64,000 nt of DNA from Callorhinchus milii (Eukaryota). Positions within the stretch are counted from its first letter, which is position 1. Each line of letters begins with the position of its first letter. The position numbers were made by a program, and so were the translations under genes. Shown here piece after piece: positions 37,011-47,597 of the stretch. The DNA lies in NCBI RefSeq assembly GCF_018977255.1, contig NW_024704743.1, forward strand, positions 56,794,001 through 56,858,000, written 5' to 3'. The notes beneath the pieces were generated by a model. That model saw only the letters and a list, made by a program, of their open reading frames with translations, had not been told where the DNA came from and did no database searches.

Positions 37011-37894
37011 GCTTAGCCAGTTCTTTGTTGAAGAAACACATAGAGTTGCTGGAGGGAGAGGGAAGTGGGTATGACTGGAACTGTATCTTGCTTTTGACTC
37101 AGTGGTTCTTAGAGATGAGGGTGACCATTGCAGGGGATTTAGAAAAAACAGATGTACAAGGTTTACTAAACCAATATATTCTATGTGTTGTGATCAGTCG
37201 ATAATAACCACTTGTGCAGCATAATATTACAAGAGAGAACCTGCACCTAAGGATTTATCACAATATTTCAGGAAGCTCAAGTGCTTATGTCATTAGGAGA
37301 AATGAACAATTATTAACAGATTGAAAAATGTGGCAATTATCAGATATGGCATTGAATCTTTAATTAAAAGTAGCATTTTTCACTCTCATACCTTAAAAGC
37401 ATTAAAATAAACAAGCTAATTATTGAAACTAAATCACCGTTTTATAAATGATTTTCATTAAATATGAGATGCCGATAATGTGCTGGTGCTTTTCACGACA
37501 TTACACAGGAGGTAACTCATTATTATTACCCTTCCAGGTTTTATTGCCCAATAACAGTGGATGTACGTGCCATTGCAATGCTCACTATAACACTCCCTGC
37601 TGCACTGCCAGTTCTAATGCGAGTTCTTAATTACTAAAAGCATTATAAACCCATCATTTGCAAATAAATATACAGAATTATGGAGAATTTGGATCTGGTA
37701 ATAAGGCTGTTATTTAATTTAGGATTCAGTTGAGAGAAACTGAGAGAAAAAATCTCATATAACTTGTGAACATCACCTGAAATCGAAGATTCAATTAATT
37801 TCTCTGTCACTATAATATTTTTGTAAGTATAGATATTCTGAATTCAAGAAAAATATATAATTGGCTTGTGTCGGATGGGTGGACTGATGTAAAT

Positions 37895-38268
37895 TAATAG
37901 TGATAATAAGAATAATCCTTGCATTTGATATAGCATCTCATCACATCGTTGAGACGTTTCAAAGTGCTTCACAGCATATAGTGTAAAGTGAAGTGACTGT
38001 GTATTTTGTGGGCAAACACGGCAGCCAGTTGCACACAGCAGTGTCTCACAAACAGTTGTCGATTGAGTGACAACATATTTTTTTGAGGGATTATTAATCC
38101 CAGGAAAGAGATCCGACAAACAACTAACAAATGAGGTCCTACTTACTGTTGGGTAAACAGAGGCATGTGGAGTAAGGAATCTTGCCTAAGGTTTCGTCTC
38201 GCCTGGGTATCGAAACCGGGCCCTATTATTTGCGAGTGAGCGAGCTAACCACTACCCAACAAGAGTCC
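37895..38268 (-). mobile_element. tRNA-derived SINE, full length
   Basis: Collinear with 19547-19900; contains the B-box-like GGTTTCGATACCC. Confidence 0.88.
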
Positions 38269-38684
38269 TATGAGAGATTAATACTGTTGTGTGATTCACA
38301 GGGGTTTACATCAGATCTCAAGATAGGTCCTCCATTCAGAGCCACTACCCCACTTGACTCCAACATGATCCTTGCCTAACCAAACCCAAACCCCAGATCT
38401 GGTACAATACAAACAAGCATGCTTATCTTATTCAGACAAGTCTCACAGCCATAAGGCTTGGAGATCTAAGATCTACAGTTCTGGCAAAATAGATACACTG
38501 GATGCTATAACCGACACTGAATGCTACACAGCACTGCATATCACCAGAATAGGATTCCCCATTACTGCAGTACAATCAGCAGACTTCCCAGTCACTCTAC
38601 ATTGGCACTCCACTAATTGTGTCAGTCTGAGGTGAGGAATTAGAAGAAGAGGTGTGTTTAGGCTCTGGATTAAACCCAAATCAT

Positions 38685-38750
38685 GACTTGGGACGTCCTC
38701 CCGACGTGAAACGCGCTATACAAATGTAATATTGTTGTTGTTGTTGTTGG
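38685..38750 (+). mobile_element. L2 3' tail only
   Basis: TTGGGACGTCCTCCCGACGTGAAACGCGCTATACAAATGTAAT followed by (TTG)n. Confidence 0.85.
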
Positions 38751-38849
38751 TTGCCACTAAGGTATTTTTTGGTCAGACATGTGTCTGCGGAAACCCATCA
38801 CCATGTTTAAGATTATTCAACCCAGTCTAAGATTACCACTGCAAGCAGA

Positions 38850-41040
38850 TTTCAGAAAGATGCAAAACCAATAGAGTAGTGATAATGAGGGACTTCAATT
38901 ATCCTAACATAGACTAGCAAAATAACAGGGTAAAGGGCAAGGAGGGGGAAGGATTCCTGAAATGTGTGTAGGATAACTTTCTGGATCAGTATGTTTCCAG
39001 CCTAATAAGGAAGGAAGCAGTGATGGATCTAGGGGAATGAAGTGGGGCAAGTGGAGCAGGTTTGAGTAGGAGAGCATCTGGGCAACAGTGATCACAACAC
39101 AATTAGGTTTAGAGTACTTATGGAAACGGACAAGGAGCAATCAAAGGTGAAATGCACAACTGGAAGAGGCCTAGTTTCAGTGAGTTAACAAGGGACCTAG
39201 CCAACGTGGACTGGAAAGAAAGATTGGCAGGTAAAACAGCTAACGAACAATGAGAAGCCTTCAAGGAGGAGATAGTTCGGGGACAGGACAAATACATTCC
39301 CACAAAGGGGAAAGGTAGGGCATCCAAACCTTCCTGGATGAATAAGGAAATTGGGTTTAAAATAAAACAGAAAAAGGAGGCTTATGATAAATGTCAGGTC
39401 CAAAATACAGAAGATAATCAAATAGAATATAGAAAATACAGAGCAGAACTGAAAAAGGAAATAAGGGGGGCAAAGAGATTGTATGAGAAAAGATTAGTGA
39501 GTAACATAAAAGGGAACCCTAAGGTATATTATAAGCATATAGAGAATAAAAGGTTATTCAAAGGTAGGGTAGGTCCAATTAGGGACCAAAGAGGAAATCT
39601 TCTTGTGGAGGCAGAGGGCACGGCTGATGTATTGAATGAATACGTTGCATCTGTCTTCACTAAAGAAGAGGATGCGGCCAATGCCACAGTATCGGAGGAG
39701 AGGGCAGAGAGATTGGATAAGATAAGAATAAACTGAGAGGAGGTCCTAAAAAGGTATATAAGTCACCCGGTCTGGACAGGATGCATCCAAGGTTACTGAG
39801 GGAAGTAATGGTGGAAATAATGGAGGCTCTGGCCACAATCTTTCAATCCTCCTTAGATATCAGGGTGATGCCAGAGGACTGGAAGGTTGCAAATGTTACT
39901 CCGCTGTACAAAAAGGGGCAGAAGGATAAACCCAGGAACTACAGGTTAGTCAGCATAATGTTACTAGTGGTGAAACTTGTAGATATTATAATCCGGGACA
40001 AAATAAATTTTCACTTGGAAATATATGAGTTAATAAAGGACAGCCAACACAGATTTGTTAAAGGCAAATCATGTCTAACAAACATGATAGTTTTTTGATG
40101 AAATAACAGAGAAGGTGGATGAAGATAGTGCAGTTGATGCAGTATATATGGATTTTCAAAAGGCATTTGATAAAGTGCCACAAACAGTGAGGAGGATAGT
40201 AGCAGACTGCAAGTGGACAGACTGGTAAAATGGGCAGACGGGTGGCAGATGAAGTTTAATGTGGAGAAATGTGAAGTGATGCATTTTGAGAGGAAGAATG
40301 AGGAGAGACAATATAAGTTGATGGTACAATCTTAAAGGGAGTGAAGGAACAGAGAGACCTCGGGGTCCACATAAGCAAATCTTTGAAGGTGGCGGGACAG
40401 GTAGATAAAGCTGTTAAAAAAACTTAGGGATATTAGGCTTTATAAATAGGGGTATAGAATACAAAAGTCAGGAAGTTATGATGAACCTTTGTGTAACGCT
40501 GTTTAGGCCTCAGTGAGAGAACTGTTCAGTTCTGGGCACCACACTTCAGGAAGGATGTCAAGGCATTGGAGAGGGTGCAAAGGAGATTTACCAGATGGTA
40601 CCAGGAAAGAGGGACTTGTTATCAGGAGAGGCGAGAGAAGCTGGGATTATTTTCCTTGGAGCAGAGACGGTTAAGAGGAGACTTAAGAGAAGTTTTCGAC
40701 ATTATAAGAGGATTCGATAGGGTAAACAAGGAGAATCTATTTCCATCGGCAGATGGGTCGATAACCCGAGGGCACCGATTTAAAATAGTTGTTAAAATAA
40801 AGAGAGGTATGGAGATATTTTTTCACACAGCGAGTTGTTTGGATCTGGAATGCATTGCCTGAAAGGGTGGTGGAAGCCAATTCAATAACAGCTTTTAAGA
40901 AAGAAGTAGATAATTATTTGGGGAGAACAAGCTTGCAGGGCTATGGAAGAGAGCAGGGGGAGTGGGATTAATTTGGATAGCTGGCACAGACACGATGGGC
41001 CAAATGGCCTCTTCTGTGCTGTATAATTCTATGATTCTAT
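38850..41040 (+). mobile_element. CR1 LINE, ~2.2 kb, 5'-truncated and internally deleted ORF2 pseudogene
   Basis: DFNYPNID (endonuclease end), IKGNPK..YK, SVFTKE, MHPRLLRE, PEDWKVANVTPLYKKG.K.KP.NYR, SQH.FVKGKSCLTN, MDFQKAFDKVP, FNVEKCEVMHF, ERVQRRFTR and LFSLEQRRLRGDL. It ends in an ATTCTATG-type tail. Confidence 0.97.
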
Positions 41041-41719
41041 CAGTCTATGATATTCAACAAACAAAAATTGGCTTAAATCAGAATTAAACCCTGATCATTT
41101 TCTCTTTTAAACCAGATCTTTTTGCTAAAGGAGGAGAATTAGCTCCTTTACTCTGAAAGGAAGGGGGTGTTAAACAGCATGATGTGAAATGCTTAAATTC
41201 TGCACACCACAGCATCTCTCTCAGGAATGTTATAATGCAGGCTGCTGCATGTCACACAGTCAGGCTAAAGGCCTCAGCTGCCTGTGCATATCTATATAAT
41301 TAAAATACTTCTCTCCAAGGCACACTTGTGCACTTTCACTTTCTTTTAATTCCTCTATTATTGTCCACTTATGTTCCATTTTATCCCTCGGTCAGATTTG
41401 CCCACAGTGAGACTGCTTTAACTCCCAATAATGTGTTTCCAGACTTATCCCTTTAAATTCTCAACCTTTGATATTTTGTCCATCTCATATTCATGAACCT
41501 CATCTATGTCGACTATACTTATTGTCACTTTGTAGTAACAGTCTGCAGTGTGTGATATTGCATTTGTATAGACAAGCAGAGTGGTTTTTTTTCTCACAGG
41601 ATGAGGAAAGGGGGCAAAGGAAAATAAAATAAGTAAATTGTTTAAAGGGCCAGTACCGTTAATTAGAAAAAGTGATTGACCAAATCTTTACTTGAATTAT
41701 TTGGAAGGAGAAGAGCCAG

Positions 41720-42000
41720 GTACAATTTCCAACATCATCAAAATATACAATTAATTCACTTTACAGTATATTCCGTGAAGCACTTTGAGACGTCTCAACA
41801 ACATGATAAGGCACCATATCAACAACAACAAAATGGGAAGAGAGGGAGCAAGACGAAGGGAGTGCGGAAGGCAGTTCCAGAGCCTCGGGGCATAGTGGCT
41901 GAAGGCACAGCCGCCAAGGGTGGAGCGGAGGACTCGGGGGACGAGGAGGAGGCCAGATCCGGAGGCCGGACATATCAAATGTAAGGATTATTATTATAAT
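41720..42000. mobile_element. SINE tail (+) interrupted by a minus-strand L2 fragment (41823-41970) with an 8 bp TSD
   Basis: CATATCAA occurs at 41815-41822 and 41971-41978. The insert encodes LRSTLGGCAFSHYAPRLWNCLP. Confidence 0.9.
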
Positions 42001-42009
42001 TACCATCAT

Positions 42010-43050
42010 AATAAAATAACAATTGTTGTATTTGGTATGGCACCCTATTATGTTGTTGAGATGTCTCAAAGCACTTTACAAGATTCTGCTGTGAAGTAAT
42101 GACTGTGTATTTGTAGATGAACGCATCAGCTAAGCCACAGCTATGTAACATGTTTCATTTTTTTGGGAAGCCATTTTATGTGGGTCATTAAATTGGAGAA
42201 AGTCAGAGGGAAAAAATTAACACTAAATATTCCTGGTAAATAAGGTGAAAAATTATATTTATTTTGGAACATCAAAAAAGACAGATATTAACAATTCAGT
42301 TTATTTAACACTGAACACAAATATTAATACAGTAGAGACAAACTAAAATTGGTCACTCATTTCATGGTTGTTTGTGGGACATTAATGTCGCATGTCGGCT
42401 GCCGTGGTTGCCCACAAACAATGAGGTTACTCCATTTTACAGTAAATCCTCTAAAGCGCTTTGAGACATCCTTCTGACATCTACAGTAAAAAATATTTTT
42501 TCTCCAGTTTATTTTCACCAAAGGAAACAATAGCAACAAATCCTTGCATTTGATGTATGTCTGAAAGCACCTCACAGGATGCAGTCTACAGTATAATGAC
42601 TGTGGGTTAATAATAATAAATTGGTCACTCAATCCACAACTGTTTGTGGGACACTGCTGTGCGCAATCGGCTGCTGCGTTTCTTCCACAAAATATACAGT
42701 CAATTCACTTTACAGTATATTCTGTGAAGTGCTTTGAGACGTCTCGAAGACGTGATAAGGTGCCATATCAAATGCAAGGATTATTATTATTATTTTGTAG
42801 TCAAACGCAGCAGCTAATTTGCAATGTCCCACAAACATAACAGTGCTCCACAAACACAGCGGTGTCTCACAAACAACCATGAAGTAAATATCTCATTTTA
42901 TTTAAGGGATTGTTGGTGAGGACACCAGGAGAAACAATCTTTTTTTTCAAATAGCAGCATTGGGATCTTTAATGTTTATCTGAACAGGCAGATGGGACCT
43001 CACTTTAAAGTTTCATCTAAAGGATGGTGCCTCTGACAATGCAGGACTTC
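42010..43050. mobile_element. Cluster of SINE fragments in alternating orientation
   Basis: Approximate pieces: - 42010-42150, + 42340-42485, - 42530-42608, + 42610-42795, and - Deu-domain 42796-43050. Confidence 0.8.
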
Positions 43051-43144
43051 CCAACCCCCACCCCACCCGCACCGTCAATGAAGATTGATCAGGTAAAATG
43101 ACTAAATGGTCCTGATTTGTCATGAGGAATGATTTTTGAATCAC

Positions 43145-43675
43145 ATTGCTGACCTCAGCTCTAACAACAATCAGCTGTCCCTAAGAGAAGATTAGTCCCA
43201 GTTCCTGTTCGCTATCCAGTCAACGTTATTGGAAAGTGCCTTTGTGAGGACAGTTTTGGGCTCGAGCTGTTTGTCCATAGAGTCAACGAGTTTGCGGACA
43301 GTTTTTGGGGCTGAAAAAGCACCAGCTGGGAAATAGTGCACCATATCAGAAGCAGTACCTCAGGATGTAAAGTACATCTCCTTCCAGGAACCCCTGCTTT
43401 CCTCTGAGAATTCAGCTCTGATGAGTTCATGGGTTGGAATTGATTTCGTTCAATACAGTGTAACATACCTGGGGTTTACTGCAGGGGATCCAATTTACAT
43501 CCCAAAGTACTTTTTTCCAGTAAGAAGGCCCATTTATGCTGCCCTTTCCTCATAAATGCTTCTCCAACCACACTGTCTAGGCTCACTTATAAAGATGACC
43601 AGTTGTTGAGGGAAGTCAGTCACCCAGCATGAGTCAGTGGTTTTTTTCGGGGGGTGAGGGGCGAGAGGAGAGAAA
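43145..43675 (+). mobile_element. AmnSINE2-like SINE split by a ~250 bp insertion (~43292-43545)
   Basis: TCGCTATCCAGT...GGAAAGTG...GTGAGGACAG...GGGCTCG, then CACTGTCTAGGCTCAC...CCCAGCATGAGTCAG...GAGGAGAGAAA. This matches the AmnSINE2 consensus from memory and partly the reverse complement of 45150-45310. Confidence 0.6.
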
Positions 43676-44589
43676 CTGATTGCAAAAAAATGGAGGAGGG
43701 AAGAGAAACTGATTACAAAAAACTAATCCTTACATTTGATACCTTTTCAGGTCAGGAGATTGTATCAAAGCACTTCACAGGTTATATTGCACATTGGAGT
43801 GCCGGTGTGTTTATAAGTGAACGCAGTAGTCCATTTTCTGTGTGTGTGTGGGGAGGGGGAGGGGAGAGGGAGGCAATATTCTCTCAGTAAGGAGAAAGAC
43901 TTAAAGGTTGTCATTTACTAACGTCATGTTAAGTTATAGGCAAAGTCTTTATCTGTGTTCCACATCGGGCAGCTACAATTACTTGAATTGGAGATTTAAT
44001 TTAATAAATCTGATCATCTGTGGCTGTTTACGGTATAAAAACAAACATTTATGCTCCCCTTAGACGTCCAATTTGATCTGAGGATGGTTAACACATGTAA
44101 ATTATGTTTCTCTAGAGCTTTGCTGGACAAATATTTGAAAGTTTGAAGCCTCAGGACATGGCATAATCAAATGGCCACACATTCATCTACATGCATAATG
44201 TTTTTTTATATTTCCTCTGTTAAACGAGATTGTTCTCTCATCTGGAATGAATATATCAGTGTTGTACCCCGTGCGTTAAAGGCATTTGATATATTCAATG
44301 GTGGATGTGAACCTTTGGCAAATTAAATGTCTGAAAAGAAAGTCATCATTGACAAGACTTGAGGAAACAAAAGTGTTTCAAAATTGTTCTCCTTTCTTAG
44401 AATACGAAACCAGAGTCTAACCTGGAAGGGTGAGCGGGGGCGGGGGGAGGACAAGGTTTAAACAATAAGTGTGATGTGTTAATACAGCATTGAAAAATGC
44501 GACTATTTAATATCTTAATTTGTTGACTAATCCACAGGTGTGACAATCCCCCCTCGAGAGAGGAGTTGCGCTCAAAGCTGGTCCATAAT

Positions 44590-45045
44590 ACATTTTCATG
44601 TCATGAGACCATCTCCAAACTCTTCATAGTTTATACTGCAGATTGGATTGACTGCATTTATACGAGAATGTAGCAGTCCATTTATGCACAGCAATGTCCC
44701 CAAAACAGTATTCTTGCCTCAGAGTCAGAAGGATGTGGATTCAAGACCCACGTCAGGACCTGGAACTCATATAAGTCTATGCTGACACTCCTTTGCAGTG
44801 CTGGGATGTGTTGCATTGTTGGAGATGCTTTCGATGAGACATTAAACCGAGGTTCCATCTGCCTGTTCACGTGGATGTTAAAGATTCCAGGGCACTATTC
44901 AAAAAAAAGGAGTTTCTCCTGGCCTCATGGCCAACAATTCCCTAAATAAAATTCACTTCATGGCTGTTTGTGGAACGTTGCTGTGCGCAATTTTACTACC
45001 GCATCCTCTCGATGTGAAAAGTGTGATTTCAATGTAATTATTATT
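44590..45045. mobile_element. SINE 3' part (-, 44590-44705) head-to-head with a Deu-domain SINE (+, 44706-45045)
   Basis: TCTTGCCTCAGAGTCAGAAGG...GATGAGACATTAAACCGAGG...AAAGATTCCAGGGCACTATTC. Confidence 0.85.
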
Positions 45046-45149
45046 TCTGAAAGTAAATTAAATAAACTCAATTATGTCAAGGTTCGGACACCATAACCAT
45101 AACCAACCTAAAATCACTGGATACGGTATAACTAACAATTCTGTACGTA

Positions 45150-45365
45150 CTGTGCAGTTTCCAGCAGGGGTCACTGGATAGAGGTCAGAAACAGAAACCC
45201 TGGTGGATTATTCCTCTTTTGGAAGTGAAGGTACTGAGGTTAATTATAGTCCCTACTTCTGCCCCAGATGAAAACAGCTTACTCAGCACAGTTCTGCAAT
45301 CAAACCAGATCTTCATGAGTCAATTTTACTCTGGTTAGTAGTTTTACCAACAAATCTATCAGCAG
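45150..45365 (-). mobile_element. AmnSINE2-like SINE, 5' half
   Basis: TTCCAGCAGGGGTCACTGGATAG...GAAACCCTGG...ACTGAGG...CTGCCCC...CAGCTTACTCAGCACAG matches the reverse complement of AmnSINE2 as I recall it. Confidence 0.7.
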
Positions 45366-46204
45366 AAGTACCTGTAAGCTTTTCAGCAGTCAGTATTGTT
45401 TTTGACATAAAACCAGAATCTCGTTCTGATGGAAACTTCCTGCTATTTTGTCCAGAATCAAAAGTTTCAAGTATATTTTTTCGTTAAACGTTTGCAGTAT
45501 AAACACAGCATTTGTTATTTTCCTATGCAGATATAGGTTATTGAGGAATCAATTCCAGTGAACACATATGAACTGTTAGCATTAAATAAATGTATTCATT
45601 TCTCTGCACTGACTGGATGTTTCCCTGTTATGAAGTTCTGGGGAGTTGATGTGGAGCATCTGCAGCTACTGATAAGTCATTTTCGATGCCAGATAACATA
45701 ATTATGCTTTATAAGGATGATGCACATCAGGTGACATGAGGAGAAAAGAAGGTAGCAGGGTGTACAGTGAGATAAAGCTGAAAAATGGATGCAGAATGCT
45801 GATTTCTCTGAGGATGTAATTACTTCTTCCACCTTATCTCACATCAAGCTTTCCTCACTGTGCATTGTATCCTGTAATGCAGTATCCTACATCCAGAAGG
45901 GAATCAGAGTGTAGGAAATGCAATGTAATGGGGAGATTTCCCAATTAGCTGTCAAAATGCAGCATGGTGTGGAGGAAGGCTAAAGGACCATTGAGATCAG
46001 GAAATTAATGATTTGAAAAAAAAGGCAGCATCTTGTTATGAACAAACCAGCAACTTGCAGCTTTGATACTGAAGGCAGAATGGGAGACCAGTACCACCTC
46101 CTAAAGCACAAAGATCTTGTGCAGTTTTAACTGTGCAACTTTACAAGCCGTTGTAAAGTGAAGCCTATCATTTAAACTCTTCTACCCCTTTAAATGAAAT
46201 GCTG

Positions 46205-46385
46205 TACACTGTCCAGTGCCTCGGGATATCCTACCAACGTGAAAGGCGCTATACAAATAGAGCTATTTTACCAACAACAGCTTGTGTTTATATTGCGACC
46301 TTCATGCAGGATTGTGCCTCAGAGTGCTGCACAGTGGTGGGGTTGGATGTCGAACAAGGGAGAGGGGAAGGTGACAATAGGCACA
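46205..46385. mobile_element. Two L2 3' tails, tail-to-tail (+ 46205-46265, - 46272-46385)
   Basis: CAGTGCCTCGGGATATCC...GTGAAAGGCGCTATACAAAT, then CAACAAC...TTTATATTGCGACCTTCATGCAGG. Confidence 0.75.
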
Positions 46386-46884
46386 GTTGATTTTAATGCC
46401 ATCCTAAGCAGACAGTTTCACTGTGATATTAGAATGGGTCATTTTGAGGGAGATATATGGAAACTCAATAACATGTTATTGCTAAACTAAACTAAAGAAA
46501 AGGACTCGGGTGGAAATGTGTACCGAGCCTTTCTGAAGAATAGTGTGTCCCTGGCTGGGAAAACTAAACAACTGTAACACAATAGCACTGGAGATGTCTG
46601 GGGTTGCCTGCATATTGCTAATGCAGCAATAATAATAGCACTTCCTAATGTGAGAGCCCCAAGCTGTGCCATACAATACAAGCCAGGATGCTCCTGACAG
46701 AGAACCAAGATAAATTGTGCTACAATTACGTCAGAGTGGAGAAGGCTTCCTTAACATGTAACACCCAAAATGTTACAATAGAAAAATTCAACAAAAAACA
46801 ATAGCAATAAGCATAACCCTAACAAGGGAGTTTCAGCAATCAACATAAGGTAACATTTCTTCCATCACACACAATGCACACATG

Positions 46885-46995
46885 CAGTTCTGCCAAAGGT
46901 CACACTGGAAACCTTAACCTGTCTTTCTCCATCAGACTTTAATCAATTCATTATGTATTTCCAGAATTTTCGCTTTTATTTCATTTGTTTGCATC
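46885..46995 (+). mobile_element. Degraded Penelope-like terminal repeat fragment with a decayed hammerhead-like core
   Basis: CAGTTCTGCCAAAGGTCACACTGGAAACCTTAAC-CTGTCTTTCTCCA...TATTTCCAGAATTTTC...TTTATTTCA resembles a common chondrichthyan repeat (CTGATGA-stem-GAAACGTTAAC...CCACAGATGCTG) recalled from memory. Confidence 0.45.
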
Positions 46996-47000
46996 GTTTC

Positions 47001-47597
47001 CTTTACTGTGTGTCACTATGCAGCATTTGATGGTGGCATGGAGTTTAACTAGGTAGCTTGTCACTGAGTGTTGCAGTCCCGTACCACAGTATTCCATGGC
47101 ACAGCTGATGACAGACCAGCCCGCCTGGGTCATCAGCAGGGCATAGAGGGGTAGACTGGTCAGTGGAGGTGGGAATTCTTTTCACTCAGCTCCTGTTAAC
47201 TCTGTAAGCCAAAACCCTAATGGGTAGGGTGATCTTAGATTGACAAGCCTCAGGAAGCTTGCCAGACAGTGCTCGCAATGGCAAGCTACGTGGTTTTAAC
47301 TGGTTAAACTCCACACCACCATCAAATGCTGCAAAGCGAAACATAGTAAAGCACTCAAACAATAGCCCTAGCAAGATAACACCTCATGGCACATGGAGAA
47401 TGGCTGAAGTGAGGAGTGCAGTGGGTAAGAAGTTCAGGTCAAAGAAAAAACACTTATTCAGGCCACAGCCTAGTGGTGCCCAGAACCGTGAAAGTGTTAA
47501 AAGAATTGAGGAGTCAATAGATGCTGAGGAATTGGAAGCAATCAATAGAAGATTGAGTAGCTTCATACAAGAATTGAGGGAGGATGTAAGGGTGTAG
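47001..47597 (+). mobile_element. Unclassified hairpin-rich repeat, copy 2, with inverted arms (47001-~47066 / ~47274-47351) and a downstream ORF
   Basis: Collinear with 16791-17027. The arms TGCAGCATTTGATGGTGG..TGGAGTTTAAC are reverse complements. ORF 47400-47597 follows. Confidence 0.65.

Noticed and set aside
43665..43722. Short duplication GAGAAACTGATT.CAAAAAA (and similar 12-16 bp duplications near 1665 and 8018)
   Set aside because: Ordinary slippage-type micro-duplications with no further structure.
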